The notes: generated by a model from the sequence alone, not told the origin. A stretch of 64,000 nucleotides of DNA from Rebecca billardiae RCC1528 (GCA_965240325.2 OZ251236.1:1054001-1118000), one strand, 5' to 3'; shown: positions 34,201-46,392, numbered from the stretch's first letter. A program made the numbers and translations.

Positions 34201-37200
34201 CTGGTCCATCGCCTTCTCCGCCGACGGCCTCCGCGTCGCCACCGCGTCGGCGCCCGATGAGTTTGTTCAACTCTGGGACGGCCGCACCGGCGCGCGCGAC
34301 AAGGAGCTCTTCGGGCACACGGACGCGGTGACGGCGGTGGCGTTCTCGGCGGAGGCGGGCTCGGCGCTGCTCGCGTCCGCCTCGCGCGACGCCACCGTCG
34401 CGCTGTGGGACGCCGCCACCGGCGTGCGCCACGGCGCGCTCGAGGGCCACACCGAGCCCGTGTACGCGATCGCCTTTGCGCCAGACGGCCGGCGGCTCGC
34501 GTCCGCGTCGAAAGACACCACGGTGCGGGTGTGGGACGCGTGGGCGCGCGTGTGCGTGTGCACGTGCCGCGGGCACACGCACCGCGTGTGGGGCGTCGCG
34601 TGGGCGCCCGACGCCTCCGTCCTCGCCTCCGCCTCGTGGGACATGTCCCTCATCGTCTGGGAGATGCGCCAGGCGCCGACGGCGCGCCGGCAGAAGGGCC
34701 GCGGCGGCGCGCGGCGCGGCGCGCAGCCGGGCGCGCGCGCCGCGGGCGCGTCGGGCTCGTCCGAGTCGGCGAGCTCGGAGTCGGAGGAGGAGGCGGGCGC
34801 GCCGGCGTCGGAGGTGGCGCCGCTCGATCTCGACGCGCTCTCCGAGCCCGCAGCCGCCGCCGCGCCGCCGCCCACCGAGCCGCGCGCCGCCGCCGTTGGC
34901 GGCGGCGGCGGCGCCGCGGCCGCGGCCGCGGCCGCGGCCGCGGGCGTCGGCTCGCGCCGGCGCTCCTCGCAGCGCGGCGGCGTGAGCGAGCTGCCGCAGC
35001 TCGAGGCGCTGGCGCTCGTGCTCGATGGGCACGCGGGGCAGCTCAAGGCGGTCGCGTTCGCCCCCGACTGCGTCCACGTCGCCACCGGCGGGTGGGACCG
35101 CGCCGTCACGATTTGGGACTTTCGGCGCGGCGAGCGCGTGCGCACGCTCGGCGGCCTGCGCGCGTACGTGAGCGAGATCGCGTTCTCGCCAGATGGCGAT
35201 CTGCTCGCGATCGGCTCGCACGACCGCGCGGCGCTGCTCGTCGACTGGCGGCGCGGCCGACTCCAGCGCACGCTCCGCGCGCGCGGCCGCTCGCGCGTCA
35301 CCGCCCTCGCCTTTGAGCCGGACGGGCGCAGCCTCGCCGTCGGCACCGACGGCGGCGAGGTCACGCGCTGGCACTCGCCTGTGCTCGCCCACCCGCTGCC
35401 CTCGTTCGTCTCGCTCGCGTACGCGCTCGACGCGGACAGCGCGACGCGGCACGTGGGGTACGACGACTACCCGTGGCCGCTCGTCTCCGAGGTCGCCGCG
35501 CGGCTGCACCCGCAGGCCATCGCCGAGCCGGACGGCGCGGACGCGGCGCGGCGCGCGCTCGTGCATCGCGCGGCCGCGGCGGGCCACGCGTCCTTCTGCC
35601 GCCGCTTCCTCGCGCTGTTCCCCGCGGCGGCGCTCGCGCTCGACGCGGACGGGCGCTCGGTGCTCTCGTACGCGCTCGAGGCCAACTCCGCCGCCGTCGC
35701 CTCCGCCGTCGTCGACGGCATCGTCCGCGCCGCCGAGGTCGACCGGCGGGACGCGCACTCAGACCGAGGCTCGGCGCGGCTCGTCGATAATCTCGACGTG
35801 GGAGATTTGCCCGGGCTGGCCAAGGTGGCGCCCAAGGCGCTGGCGCGGCTGGCGCAGCTCGAGCCGGTGCAGGCGTTCGCGTTCGTGCGCGGCTCGGTCA
35901 CCACCGCGCACTTCCCCTCGATCGCGCGCAACCACCTCCTCCGCGACGCGCCCTCGTCCGCGCCGCGCGAGCTTTGGGCGGCCGAGCGGCGCGTGCGCGC
36001 CGGGCCAACGCCGGTGGGGGCTTACGTGCTGCCGCTGCAGCGCATCCTCGCGCCGCACGGCTTCCTCGCGGCGTGCGTGACGGCGAGCGCGGAGCTCGCC
36101 GACTCGAAGGTCTTCACCCACTCCCTCCCCAAGTACTGCGTGCAGCACAAGTGGGAGTCCTTCGGCGCGCGGCTGTACAACATCGAGCTCGGGTTTTATG
36201 CCGCGCTGCTCGCGGCCAACTTGGCGCTCGTTTTGGCGCTGCGGGTGGTGCGCGCGGACTCGCTGGCGGAGGGCGGCGCGGCGGCGGTGCGCGGGGTGGA
36301 GACGCCGGAGGAGGCGCGGTTCGACGTGCCGCGCATCGTGCGCGCCGCGCTCCACGCCGACGCCGCCGCCGCGCTCGAGGACGGCGCGGGCGACGACGCG
36401 GCGATCGCGCTCCCAACCCTTTGTGCGTGCACGGCCGCCCTCACACTCGGCTTCAGCGCGCGGGAGACGGTGCAGCTCTGGTTCGAGGGGCTGGAGTACC
36501 TCTCGGACGGGTGGAACTGGATCGCGCTGACGACGTACGTGCAGCAGCTCCTCCTCGCCGCGCTCGCCGCCACGATGCCCGCCGCGCCCATCGTGCGCGA
36601 TCTCGTGCTGATCTCGCAGCCGATGCTGTGGATCAACGCACTGTTCTTCATGCGCGCGCGCGAGGGGATGGGGCAGCTGGTGCGCATGATCGTCGTGATC
36701 ATCCAGGACATCGGCTTCCTGATCTTCATCTTCATGTGGCTGCTCGTGCCCTTCACCATCGCCTTCTACCTCGCGCTCGGCGGCGCGGCCGACGAGTACG
36801 CCGTCGCCACCGGCCTGCACGCCGCGGGCGGCTCGGGCGACTTCCACGAGTACGCACCCTACGCCAACCTGTGGCGCGCGTTTGTGCAAACGTTCAGGGG
36901 CGCGCTCGGCTCGTTCGAGTCGCTCGAGCTGCTGTTCGGCGCGGGCACGGTGGCGGTGTTCATGTACACGCTCTTCACGGTGATGCAGATGATCGTCCTC
37001 CTCAACATGCTCGTCGCGCTCATGTCCGACTCGTACGAGAAGATCAAGGAGGACGAGACGGCCGAGTTCACGCGGCAGCGCGCCATCGTCTGCCTGGAGT
37101 ATGAGCGCATGTTTGGGCACGTGTTGCGCACGCCAGGGCCGTGGCTGCACGTGCTGAGGCCGCTGGCGTACGCCGAGCTCGACGCGTACGACGTGTGGCG

Positions 37201-37578
37201 CGGCCTCGCGGGCAAGGTCGAGAACCTCGAGCGCCACGTCTCCGCCACCTCCGACGGCCTCGGCGCCAAGGTGGACGCCATGGCCGCCGCGCTCTCCGCT
37301 CGTGACGAGCACGTGGAGCGCATGATGGCGATGCTCACGCAGCGCGTCGTGCGGCTCGGGCGGAGCCAGGAGCGCATCGTGAGCGCGCTCGCGACCGTGC
37401 CGCTCGACGAGGCGGGCAGCGCCGCGCGCGACGCCGCGCTCGGCTCGCCCGCCTCGAGCGAGCGGCAGGGCCCGCTGACGCTCGCGCGGAACCGGCGCCG
37501 CTCGTCAGCGGGTGGGCCGGCCGCCGGCATCGGACACGTGGCCGCGGCCGCGCTCGCCGCGACGCACCACGCGGGCGG

Positions 37579-37609
<31 letters not shown>

Positions 37610-37753
37610 TGCGGCGGCGCGGGCGGCGGCGCGGGCCGTGGCGACGCGCTCGCCACAGCCAACAGCGCGATGAGCATGGGTGCCATGTCGAGCGATTCCT
37701 TCTATGTGCCCGGCGCCGTCTCGAGCGACATCACCGTGCCCAAGTGGCTCTGA
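31220..37753 (+). CDS. Large WD40-repeat protein with a C-terminal TRP-like 6TM cation channel
   Basis: More than 10 WD40 repeats (e.g. GHTDAVTAVAFS..LASASRDATVALWD), an ankyrin-like stretch (~35560-35720), VQHKWESFG, YLSDGWNWI, S5-pore-S6 ending IVLLNMLVALMSDSYEKIKE, and a C-terminal coiled coil. The start could be 31061 or 31220. Confidence 0.85.
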
Positions 37754-38465
37754 CGAGATCTGACGAGATGAAGATCCGTGACGCGACGAGATCTGCTGAC
37801 AGTGGTGCTGGCAGCCTGGAGGGTCCCAGCCTGCGCACTACGGACCGGCGGTGCACACGGCGGCGGCAGCAGCACACGGTGGCAGCCAGCACGTCTGCAC
37901 GACGATCGAGTCACCAAGAAGGGCTGCATGCGCAGGGCGCTGTCCACTCAGACTCAGTCTCGGTCAGTCAGTCTGCTGCAGCTACTGTACACTGTACAGT
38001 ACAGTACAGCCTGGATACAGTACAGTACTGATGCCGATGGATACAGTACGACGCAGCCACGCTCCCTTGCAGCGCAGCAGCGCGCGAATCTTCGCATCGT
38101 CGTCGGCCGCGCGGCGGATGGATTCGAGGAGCATAGTCGTTGCTGATGGCTCGTCGAGGAACACCGACGCGTCCTCGGCCGCGCTCGGTGCCGGCGGCCG
38201 TCGCGCGTCCTGCGCGTCGTCGAGCATGGCGGGCGGTGGCGGCCGCGATTCCTCACGGTGGCAGGAAATAAAACTCTGCCCTGGCGGGCGGGGGGGGGTC
38301 GGCGGGCCGTGCCAGTGCTGTCGCAATATTTCCCCAGCGGGTTCGCGTCTTTTATTTAGCGGTTTGACGGGCAGGATGACGAATAACAATGCGACACACG
38401 TAGATGATGGTGAGCTACCTGACTCACTGACGAATAATAACGCGACAGATGACTCTGGTGCGAGC

Positions 38466-39097
38466 TCACCGACAGTGTGCGTACGCGCTGCATGTGCCGC
38501 ATCTCGACCGCGATGACGTAGTCGAGCGCCTCGCCGCCGACGAATCCGCCAGAGGAGATTGTGAGCATCTCCTCGTGCTGCCAGCTGAGATCGTGTGTCG
38601 CGAGGATGCCAATGTCCGCTCCGCCGGCACGATGGGCTCGGCGAAGGTCGCGTCGGCGTCGTGCACGGCCGCCACGCTGCGCAACAGCGCGTCCAGGTCC
38701 AAGCGCTCGTCGGCGCTCGCCGCTCCGCGCGACAGGTCCGGCACTCGCACGTTCGGCGGTATCAGGAGCTCTCGGTGGTGCGCGCGCGCGCAGTGCGAGA
38801 GCGTGTGCCACTCGCGATCGAGGGTGGGCACGCGCTGTTCGAGCAGGCACAGGAAGCGCAGCGCATGCGCCACTGGCTTCACGACGTTGGCCTCGTCCCG
38901 CAGCGACCGTGCCATGGACAAGGATGGTGCGGCGATCTTGCACGCGCGAGATCGGTTATAGCGCGCTGTCGCCTCATTGTCGCCGACTCGCGAAGACGCG
39001 ATTCCGGCCACGGCGGCAGAACCGGCAGGTGCGTGCGGTGCGCCTCGTACGCCGCTTCGCGCTGCGCCTCCGTCGCACTGGCCACCGTCGACGCCAT
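38466..39097 (-). pseudogene. Possible frameshifted gene relic of unknown family
   Basis: Protein-like segments are spread across three overlapping minus-strand ORFs (MASTVASATEAQREAAYE; LRDEANVVKPVAHALRFLCLLE; EEMLTISSGGFVGGEALDYVIAVEM). Confidence 0.25.
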
Positions 39098-39967
39098 GCA
39101 GGCTGGACGTGGGCCCTCAGGCGCCGAGCGATCTTTGGTCGCGAGCTCGCGAGCGTGAAAGATGATCGCTCGCTCTGGAAAACCACCGATCGTAGCAAAC
39201 GGATTTGCATGCGCCCGACCTTGCCAACCGGGGCACGCGACAGTCCGGTGTGTGGATTCCGGCGATCGAGTTCAGAAGGCCGCGCCAAAGCTTGCGTCGC
39301 GTGCGATGGCGCTTCCCGCCCGCGAGACGCCTCGTGATGAATGCGTTTCCGCACCGAGCCCGACGCGCGACGGTGGATCGCGCGAGGCGGCCATCGTGCG
39401 CAGCGCATGATGCTATGGCCGGTGCGAGCTTTCGACGTGCACGTCGGGCGAGGATCGCCCCAGGTCGCACGATCGTGTCGACGCGCCGAGCGTACCGCTC
39501 CAAACGCGTCGATTCAGCCCCCGTTCGACCTGCACGCGAGACGACGAGGGCAGCAATCGCGAATCGGGCGAAAACACGTCTCGGGAATCCTCGCGCGATG
39601 TCCGCGCCGGCGTTGGATTCGGCGCACGCCGCCCATGCGCTCCGCGCCATGGCCAAGATGGTTTTCAGCCGAGCGTCCCCAGTGGGAGCTGCGAGGGCGC
39701 CCGGTAGTGAGCGAAGCGGCGACGATTTTCTTTTCTCTGCGAGGCGATTTTCTTTTTCCTTTTTCTTTTTCTTATCTTTTTCCCGGGCACTACAAGGGGC
39801 GGACCTACGGCCCGCCATAAGCAGGCAGTTCCACGAAGATGGGGGTAGCGGGCGTCAATCTCGCCTGCCTGAGCTGTGTGCGTCTCTTATTCTTAGTAAA
39901 CTGTACAGTTTCTATGTTCTAACGTGCACACTTGGTTAAGACCGCCCTTGGTTAAGGCGTGATTGTA

Positions 39968-40532
39968 CAGTTTACTAAGAATAAGAGACGCACACAGCTC
40001 AGGCAGGCGACAGTCGTTTACTAAGAATAAGAGACGCACACAGCTCAGGCAGGCGAGATTGTCAAATCATAGAATGAGTAGAATGAGTGTACGACAGTTT
40101 CATCAGTTTACTGCTGCACCGCCCATGAAGCCAGCCATCCGCCTGCGAGGCCTGGATGAGGGCTGCGGTCACCTCGTCGTCCTCGCCCGTCGTCCTCGCC
40201 CCACCGCCGTCCACAAAACGTCGTCGTCTGAACTCTCCGACTGGGTGCCGATGCGACAGCGCGCCGACAGGATGAGGATGTGGTAACTGGTATGGAAACC
40301 GCGAACCGGCGCGCGCGCCCGCGACGCGAGGCGTCCTCTGCTCCGCGGTACATAGAAGAAGGGGACTAGTTCCAAAGTGCTTCCTTGGACCCCTTGCACG
40401 AATGCATGCATGGAGGCGTCGGCACCACAACTGAGACAGCGAGAGCTTAGATAGTGATGACGTGCACTAGCTATTGCACTACTGTAATGTCGACTGCCTG
40501 AGCTGTGTGCGTCTCGTATTCTTAGTAAACTG
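39968..40532. mobile_element. Tc1/mariner-like MITE
   Basis: TA|CAGTTTACTAAGAATAAGAGACGCACACAGCTCAGGCAG ... CTGCCTGAGCTGTGTGCGTCTCGTATTCTTAGTAAACTG|TA. Extra TIR copies at ~40017-40056 (internal) and ~39859-39904 (adjacent, opposite orientation). Confidence 0.7.
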
Positions 40533-41664
40533 TAATACTACTCTATCACTGTACATAGCTGCACTGCAAGCCTAGTCAACTAATAGCTGGCGACGCCACT
40601 GAATTCTGAAATGATCAGACTTACGTGAGTCTTGAGACTCCGATAATTAAGGCTTAGGCTACCATCACCCACTGCCCGACGTGACGGCGACGGCGTGCGC
40701 CCGGCAGCGCCAGTTGATGGGCAGCTGTATACGGTATATTAAGTTCCGGCGGCCCAAGGCCCAGCCCCCGGCCGGGGCGACCAGGTTTGGCCCCGCGATT
40801 CGCGACGGCATGCCGGCGGTGGCGCCGGACTGGCTGCAGTCCCACTCAGGGCCCGGGGCGGCCCCAAGCGAAGAGAGGGCGGAGCGGGTAGCGGCGCTGT
40901 GTGGCCGCCCAGGCGCCGCCATGACGTGAGCCGCGTGAGGCGCGGGCTCCCATCCGGTACCGTGGCACTACTGACGGTGGTGATGACCGAGCGGGGTGTG
41001 ATCTACATACGAATTCTACCGGATGCTAACCGGATCACGCGGAGTCAGAACACAGTGCCATCTGATTCTGAAGACTGGCATAGAATAGCACCTATTCTGC
41101 TTAGCCTACTCTAATAATTGTTATTTAACACAATTAGCAGACAAGTCTGTTCACGTGGGTGCACGCTCACGCTGAGTGACGACGACGCTGTCAGGCCTCG
41201 GCTAGTAGTCTTAGTGTAGCACGCGACGTCACCGATCGTCAGTCCATCAATCAGCGTACGGTCTACGCCAAAGTAAGCTAGTCCGAGCTAGTAAAGACTT
41301 ATATATGACTAGCAGATTTGATGGCACGCTTCGGACTTCGCGGTTACAACACTATAGCTAACACTACGATATTAAACACGCGGGCCCGGGTCTGACAGTG
41401 ACACGGCACGGCACTGGCCGACTCGGCGACTGGCGCTGCTGTGCAGCCGCCAGCTGCGAAACGGCCGCCGGGCCTCCGTGCGCAGTAGTATGAGAGGCTC
41501 CGTCAGATTCGTCAACGAGACTGCCGTACATGATGCTGCCACTAGCTAAAGTCTACGACGTGCATCTGACTCTGAGTCGGTAAGCAATAAGCATGAAGCC
41601 AGTGGCGCTGACCATGCATGTATGAACATGATGCGGCGCAGTAGGTGTTGATTGAGGAGAGCCG

Positions 41665-42162
41665 TCAGGCTTCGCTCGGCAAAACATGGTAGAAGTGGTA
41701 CAGGCCGTCGTGAACATCTTGTACGCCGACATCTGTGCCACATGCATCGCACGAGACGCGGTAATACTCGTCGCTCTCCGCGCCGCCCTCGGTTGTGAAG
41801 CCATCGGCGTCGCGACTTGCTCGTGGGTCACGCAGCCGCTCCTCCGAGTGCACCTTCACATTGTCTGCAAGTGGAGCACGATACTGATGGCGATAGTGGA
41901 CGTGGCGCTGGCTGCCAAATGAGCACACCGTCTGGAAGCACCCTGGGCATGACAAGATGGCATCTGTTTTGATCTCCGCGACAGCAGCGATGGAGATGCC
42001 GAGCGCCTCCGCGCGCAGACGGCTGAGCTCCTCGAGGTCTTGCGCGTCGCCCTGTGGGTCATAGTGGTCTTCAAACTCGTCCTCACCTACCGAGCCGAGC
42101 GCGTCCGAGGAGTCATCTTCGTTGCACCCTCCACCCCACATCAGACCGCCGACTGCCGCCAT
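41665..42162 (-). CDS. EAPP: E2F-associated phosphoprotein (Eapp_C domain)
   Basis: Acidic N-terminus, TDAILSCPGCFQTVC..QRH..YRHQYRA, and VSCDACGTDVGV..YHFYHVLPS. Confidence 0.88.
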   Translation of the reverse strand: MAAVGGLMWGGGCNEDDSSDALGSVGEDEFEDHYDPQGDAQDLEELSRLRAEALGISIAAVAEIKTDAILSCPGCFQTVCSFGSQRHVHYRHQYRAPLADNVKVHSEERLRDPRASRDADGFTTEGGAESDEYYRVSCDACGTDVGVQDVHDGLYHFYHVLPSEA

Positions 42163-42168
42163 CGTCAA

Positions 42169-43302
42169 GCCAAGGGCGGTAAGGGCTGTCAACTCCCAGT
42201 GGCGCCGAGTGGCGGAGGTTGGTTGCCCCTCAACTCGTGCGGCCTCGCGGCGCAGCGGCTAAGTCTCCTGGGGCGCCGCCCAGGAGGGCGCGTGGGGTGC
42301 GCACGCCGCGGGCTCCTGCGGCCGCGGCAGCGGCCGCGGACACGGCGCGCGTGGTTGGTCGCATGCTAGACAGTATGTAGTACCCTCCCACGCCGCGCGC
42401 CGTGCTCGCCGGTGCCCTCGCCGTGCCTCAGGCCAGCCGCGCACGCGCGCCGCACCAATGGCCAGCCGTGGCCACGCGCCAGCCGCCGGCGCGCGCGCGG
42501 TGCGCGGTGCGGTCGGCGCGGGTCGGGCGCGCGCCCGGGGCGAGGCTTGTGTATGATGGGCGCGCGTCATGCCGCCTCGCGCCGCCGCACACGAGCTTGA
42601 TCACGTTCCACGCGGCTGCTGAAGGGTGCTCGTCGAGCATTCCTCGGCCATCAGAAATGAGCTTGGACAAGCGGCTGTGAGCGCACTGAGTGCGAGGAAC
42701 GCGAGCACTTGGGGGCTCGCGTGCCATAGTATGATGCTAGTCGTGCTCATATCAGTGGTCTGCGCTTGTCTATCACGCGTCGCTGCCTTCCCATGATCGT
42801 CTCAACATGAGCATTTTCAAACATGGCAATGCACACTCGACAGCATGAGAACGCGTGCGCGCCGACCCATGCGGGCTCCAGCGCGGCGGCGCGAGGCGGC
42901 ATGACGCGCGCCCATCATACACAAGCCTCGCCCCGGGCGCGCGCCCGACCCGCGCCGACCGCACCGCGCACCGCGCGCGCGCCGGCGGCTGGCGCGTGGC
43001 CACGGCTGGCCATTGGTGCGGCGCGCGTGCGCGGCTGGCCTGAGGCACGGCGAGGGCACCGGCGAGCACGGCGCGCGGCGTGGGAGGGTACTACATACTG
43101 TCTAGCATGCGACCAACCACGCGCGCCGTGTCCGCGGCCGCTGCCGCGGCCGCAGGAGCCCGCGGCGTGCGCACCCCACGCGCCCTCCTGGGCGGCGCCC
43201 CAGGAGACTTAGCCGCTGCGCCGCGAGGCCGCACGAGTTGAGGGGCAACCAACCTCCGCCACTCGGCGCCACTGGGAGTTGACAGCCCTTACCGCCCTTG
43301 GC
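42169..43302. mobile_element. Foldback element copy 2 (420-bp inverted arms, 294-bp spacer)
   Basis: Arms at 42169-42588 and 42883-43302 look identical by eye. CAAGGG...CCCTTG termini and internal blocks are shared with copy 1. No TSD is visible. Confidence 0.85.
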
Positions 43303-43540
43303 GGTGGCGAGCGACAAAGAAATAGAGGGGGGCGAGGCCACTGGCAGTGGCGGACGCTTTCAGCTTGGCGCACAGCTCCAGGGCGTCCCTCGGCCAGCTG
43401 AGCGCGCCGTCAGCGCGGTCGGCCGGACCGAGCCCGCGCCCGCCGGCCTCGGGCGCGAGGCGCAGCGCGCGCTTCCTCCGCCGCGCCTGCGCCGGCGCCG
43501 CCCAGCAGCCCTTGCTCCCGCCACCCTGCGTCCGGCGCCG

Positions 43541-46171
43541 ATGGAGTTTGTGTACGGCGGCAGCTACCTCGACGGCGAGATACAGTCGCAGTTCAAGGCG
43601 TACCTGCAGAAGCACAGCGCCGACGTGGTCGAGGCGATCCTGGCCGAGCTCGACGTGAGCAGGCACTACGCGGTCGAGGTGCACGCGCTCGACCTGTACG
43701 CGAGCAACATGCTGCTGGGCGACCTGCTCGTGCACCAGCCCGAGCGCACGCTGCGCCTCTTCGACGGCGCCATCTACGACTACCAGGCGGAGATGCTCGA
43801 CGAGCTGCGGCAGATGGGCGACACGCTGGCGTTCCAGATGATTGTCAAGCCCCACGTCCACGCGCGCGTGTACGCGCTCCCGCGCTGCGCCGAGCTCTCG
43901 AAGCCGACGATCACGGCCGTGCTGAACACAGACGTGGGCCATCTCCTCTCCATCTCGGGCACGGTCACGCGCGCGGCGACGGTGCGCATCCTTCACGCGG
44001 AGAAGAAGGTGGAGTGCACCAAGTGCGGCAAGGCGCACAAGGTGCGCGCGCACCGCACCGCACCGCACCGCACCGCACCGCACCGCCGCCGGCGTGCGCG
44101 CGCGCGCCGCCGGCCGAGCGGCGCGTGCCCAGCGCGCGCGGCGCAGGTGTACGCGGAGCTCGAGCGGCGGCACGAGATGGCGATGCCCCCAGAGTGCGGC
44201 AACGACGACGGCGTGCGGCGCTGCACGTGCACCGCCTTCAAGGACGTCGACGGCTCCGAGCTCTGCCGCGACATCCGCGAGCTGCGCGTGCAGGAGCAGG
44301 TGACCAAGCTGGGCGTGGGCAGCGTGCCGCGCTCGATCACCGTGGTGCTGCAGGACGACCTGGTGGAGGCGGCGAAGCCGGGGGACGACGTGATCATCAC
44401 GGGCGTCGTCGTGCGCCGCTGGAAGCCCGTGCGCGCGGACACGCGCCCCGACATCGACTTTGCCCTCCGCGCGAACCACGTGACGGTGTGCAACCAACTG
44501 GTGGGCGCGGGGCTGGTGACCACAGAGGCGCGCGCGCAGTTCGAGGCGTTCTGGCAGAGCTGGGGCGCGGGCGAGGGGCGGGTCGAGGGGCGCGACGTGA
44601 TCCTGCGCTCGGTGTGCCCCTCGCTCGACGGCCTCTTCTTCGTCAAGCTCGCCCTCGCGCTCACGCTGCTCGGCGGCGTGACGTGTGTCGACTCGAACGG
44701 GCAGCAGGTGCGCGGAGAGTCGCACTTGCTGCTGATCGGCGACCCGGGCACGGGCAAGTCGCAGGCGCTCAAGTTCGCGGCGGCGCTCTCGCCGCGCTCG
44801 GTGGTGACCACGGGGATCGGCTCGACCAGCGCGGGCCTCACCGTCACCGCGAACAAGGACGCCTCGGGCGAGTGGGTGCTCGAGGCGGGCGCGCTCGTCC
44901 TCGCGGACGGCGGCGTGTGCTGCATCGACGAGTTTGAGACGATGAAGGAGGCGGACCGGGCGACCATCCACGAGGCGATGGAGCAGCAGACGCTCTCGGT
45001 GGCGAAGGCGGGGCTGGTGTGCAAGCTGCGCACGAAGACCACCATCATCGCCGCCACCAACCCGAAGGGCGGGCGGCAGGTCGACCTCGCCTTCAACCTG
45101 GGCGCCAACACGGGCCTCGCCTCGCCCCTGCTCTCTCGCTTCGACATTGTGCTCGTGCTCTCCGACGAGGCGGACGAGGAGTGGGACGAGCAGATCGCGC
45201 ACTTCATCCTCGAGCGCGACCGGAAGCGGCGCCGCGCGGACGCCGACGCGCCGCTCGACGCGCTCGACGCGCAGCCGAGCGCGCTCGGCGCGGCGGCCGC
45301 GCGCGCCGACGACGCCGACACCGCGCGCGCCGCGCCGGGCGCGGAGGAGCCGGGCGGCGGCGCTGAGCTGTGGGACGAGGAGACGCTGCGCGCGTACATC
45401 GAGTGCGCGCGCCGCGATTTCGACCCGGTGATGACGCCGCGCGCCGACCGCGTGCTCTCCGCGTACTTTGCGCGGCAGCGCCAGGCCGAGATGCGCAACG
45501 CCGCGCGCACCACCATCCGCCTCCTCGAGTCGCTCATCCGGCTCGCGCAGGCGCACGCGCGGCTCATGTGGCGGCAGACGGTCGAGCAGCTCGACGCGGT
45601 GTACGCGATCGTGCTCATCGAGCTCGGCGCGGACGGCTGCTCCGACGGGCCGCTGCGCGCGTCGGGCCGGCGCACCAGCGTGTGCCGCTCGCAGGTGCCC
45701 GCGCCGGGCGCGTCGCACGTCGTGGCCAGCGGCTTTGAGCACGACATCCTGTGCTGGCTCGGGCTGGGCGCGGACGAGGACGAGGACGGCGGCGGCGGGG
45801 CGGCCGGCGGCGCTGCCGCGGCCGGCGAGGGCGGCGGCGCGCACGCCCACCGAGCGGCGCATCCGCCGCCGCTCGCGCCGCCTCCGCGCGCGCAGCCCGC
45901 GACGCTCGCCGAGGCGTTCCCACCCGCGCCGGGCGCCGACGGGGGCGTGCCGCTCCTCGGCGGCTACGGCGACGGCCTGCCTGCCGGCCCGGCCAAGGAC
46001 GCGCACGGCGACGGGCTGGACGGGCCGGGCGCGGGCTGGGCACCCTCGCGCGCGCCCGGTCCAGCCGTGGCCCCGCCCCGCCAACCGCTCGCTGGGAGCA
46101 ACCACCTCGACCCGGCGCTCGGCTTCGGCGCGGGCGCCACCGACGACGCCGACGAGCCTTGGCTCTGGTAG
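43541..46171 (+). CDS. MCM9: DNA helicase MCM9
   Basis: RGESHLLLIGDPGTGKSQ, TTGIGSTSAGLTVTA, LEAGALVLADGGVCCIDEF, IHEAMEQQTLSVAKAGLVCKL and RTTIRLLESLIRLAQAHARLM. In-frame intron at 44042-44146. Confidence 0.93.
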   Translation: MEFVYGGSYLDGEIQSQFKAYLQKHSADVVEAILAELDVSRHYAVEVHALDLYASNMLLGDLLVHQPERTLRLFDGAIYDYQAEMLDELRQMGDTLAFQMIVKPHVHARVYALPRCAELSKPTITAVLNTDVGHLLSISGTVTRAATVRILHAEKKVECTKCGKAHKVRAHRTAPHRTAPHRRRRARARRRPSGACPARAAQVYAELERRHEMAMPPECGNDDGVRRCTCTAFKDVDGSELCRDIRELRVQEQVTKLGVGSVPRSITVVLQDDLVEAAKPGDDVIITGVVVRRWKPVRADTRPDIDFALRANHVTVCNQLVGAGLVTTEARAQFEAFWQSWGAGEGRVEGRDVILRSVCPSLDGLFFVKLALALTLLGGVTCVDSNGQQVRGESHLLLIGDPGTGKSQALKFAAALSPRSVVTTGIGSTSAGLTVTANKDASGEWVLEAGALVLADGGVCCIDEFETMKEADRATIHEAMEQQTLSVAKAGLVCKLRTKTTIIAATNPKGGRQVDLAFNLGANTGLASPLLSRFDIVLVLSDEADEEWDEQIAHFILERDRKRRRADADAPLDALDAQPSALGAAAARADDADTARAAPGAEEPGGGAELWDEETLRAYIECARRDFDPVMTPRADRVLSAYFARQRQAEMRNAARTTIRLLESLIRLAQAHARLMWRQTVEQLDAVYAIVLIELGADGCSDGPLRASGRRTSVCRSQVPAPGASHVVASGFEHDILCWLGLGADEDEDGGGGAAGGAAAAGEGGGAHAHRAAHPPPLAPPPRAQPATLAEAFPPAPGADGGVPLLGGYGDGLPAGPAKDAHGDGLDGPGAGWAPSRAPGPAVAPPRQPLAGSNHLDPALGFGAGATDDADEPWLW

Positions 46172-46282
46172 CACACCGCTGGCAGCACCGCGGCACCGAC
46201 GCGCCCGTGACTGGCCACAACTCATATAAAATCGCACCATTGCAGCAGTCGCTGTACTACCGTACATGTGTATGATACAATA

Positions 46283-46392
46283 TCGCCTGCCTGAGCTGTG
46301 TGCGTCCCGCGTATTCTTAGTCAACTGTACACAGTTCAGATCACTGATCTCGCCTGCCTGAGCTGTGTGCGTCTCTTATTCTTAGTAAACTG
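46283..46392. repeat. Two tandem copies of the Tc1/mariner-like TIR seen at 39859-40532
   Basis: TCGCCTGCCTGAGCTGTGTGCGTC..TATTCTTAGT(C/A)AACTG-TA at ~46283-46329 and ~46348-46394. Confidence 0.85.

Noticed and set aside
31097-35758. 1553-aa minus-strand ORF, and similar long antisense ORFs at 43289-46324, 48632-50089 and 58127-59620
   Set aside because: Arg/Ala-rich shadow frames opposite well-supported genes.
39859-40057. 45-bp repeats as a CRISPR array or sequencing adapter
   Set aside because: Orientation is mixed, spacing is irregular, copies have diverged and ends are TA|CAG, which fits TIRs. It matches no adapter I recall, though this was not checked.
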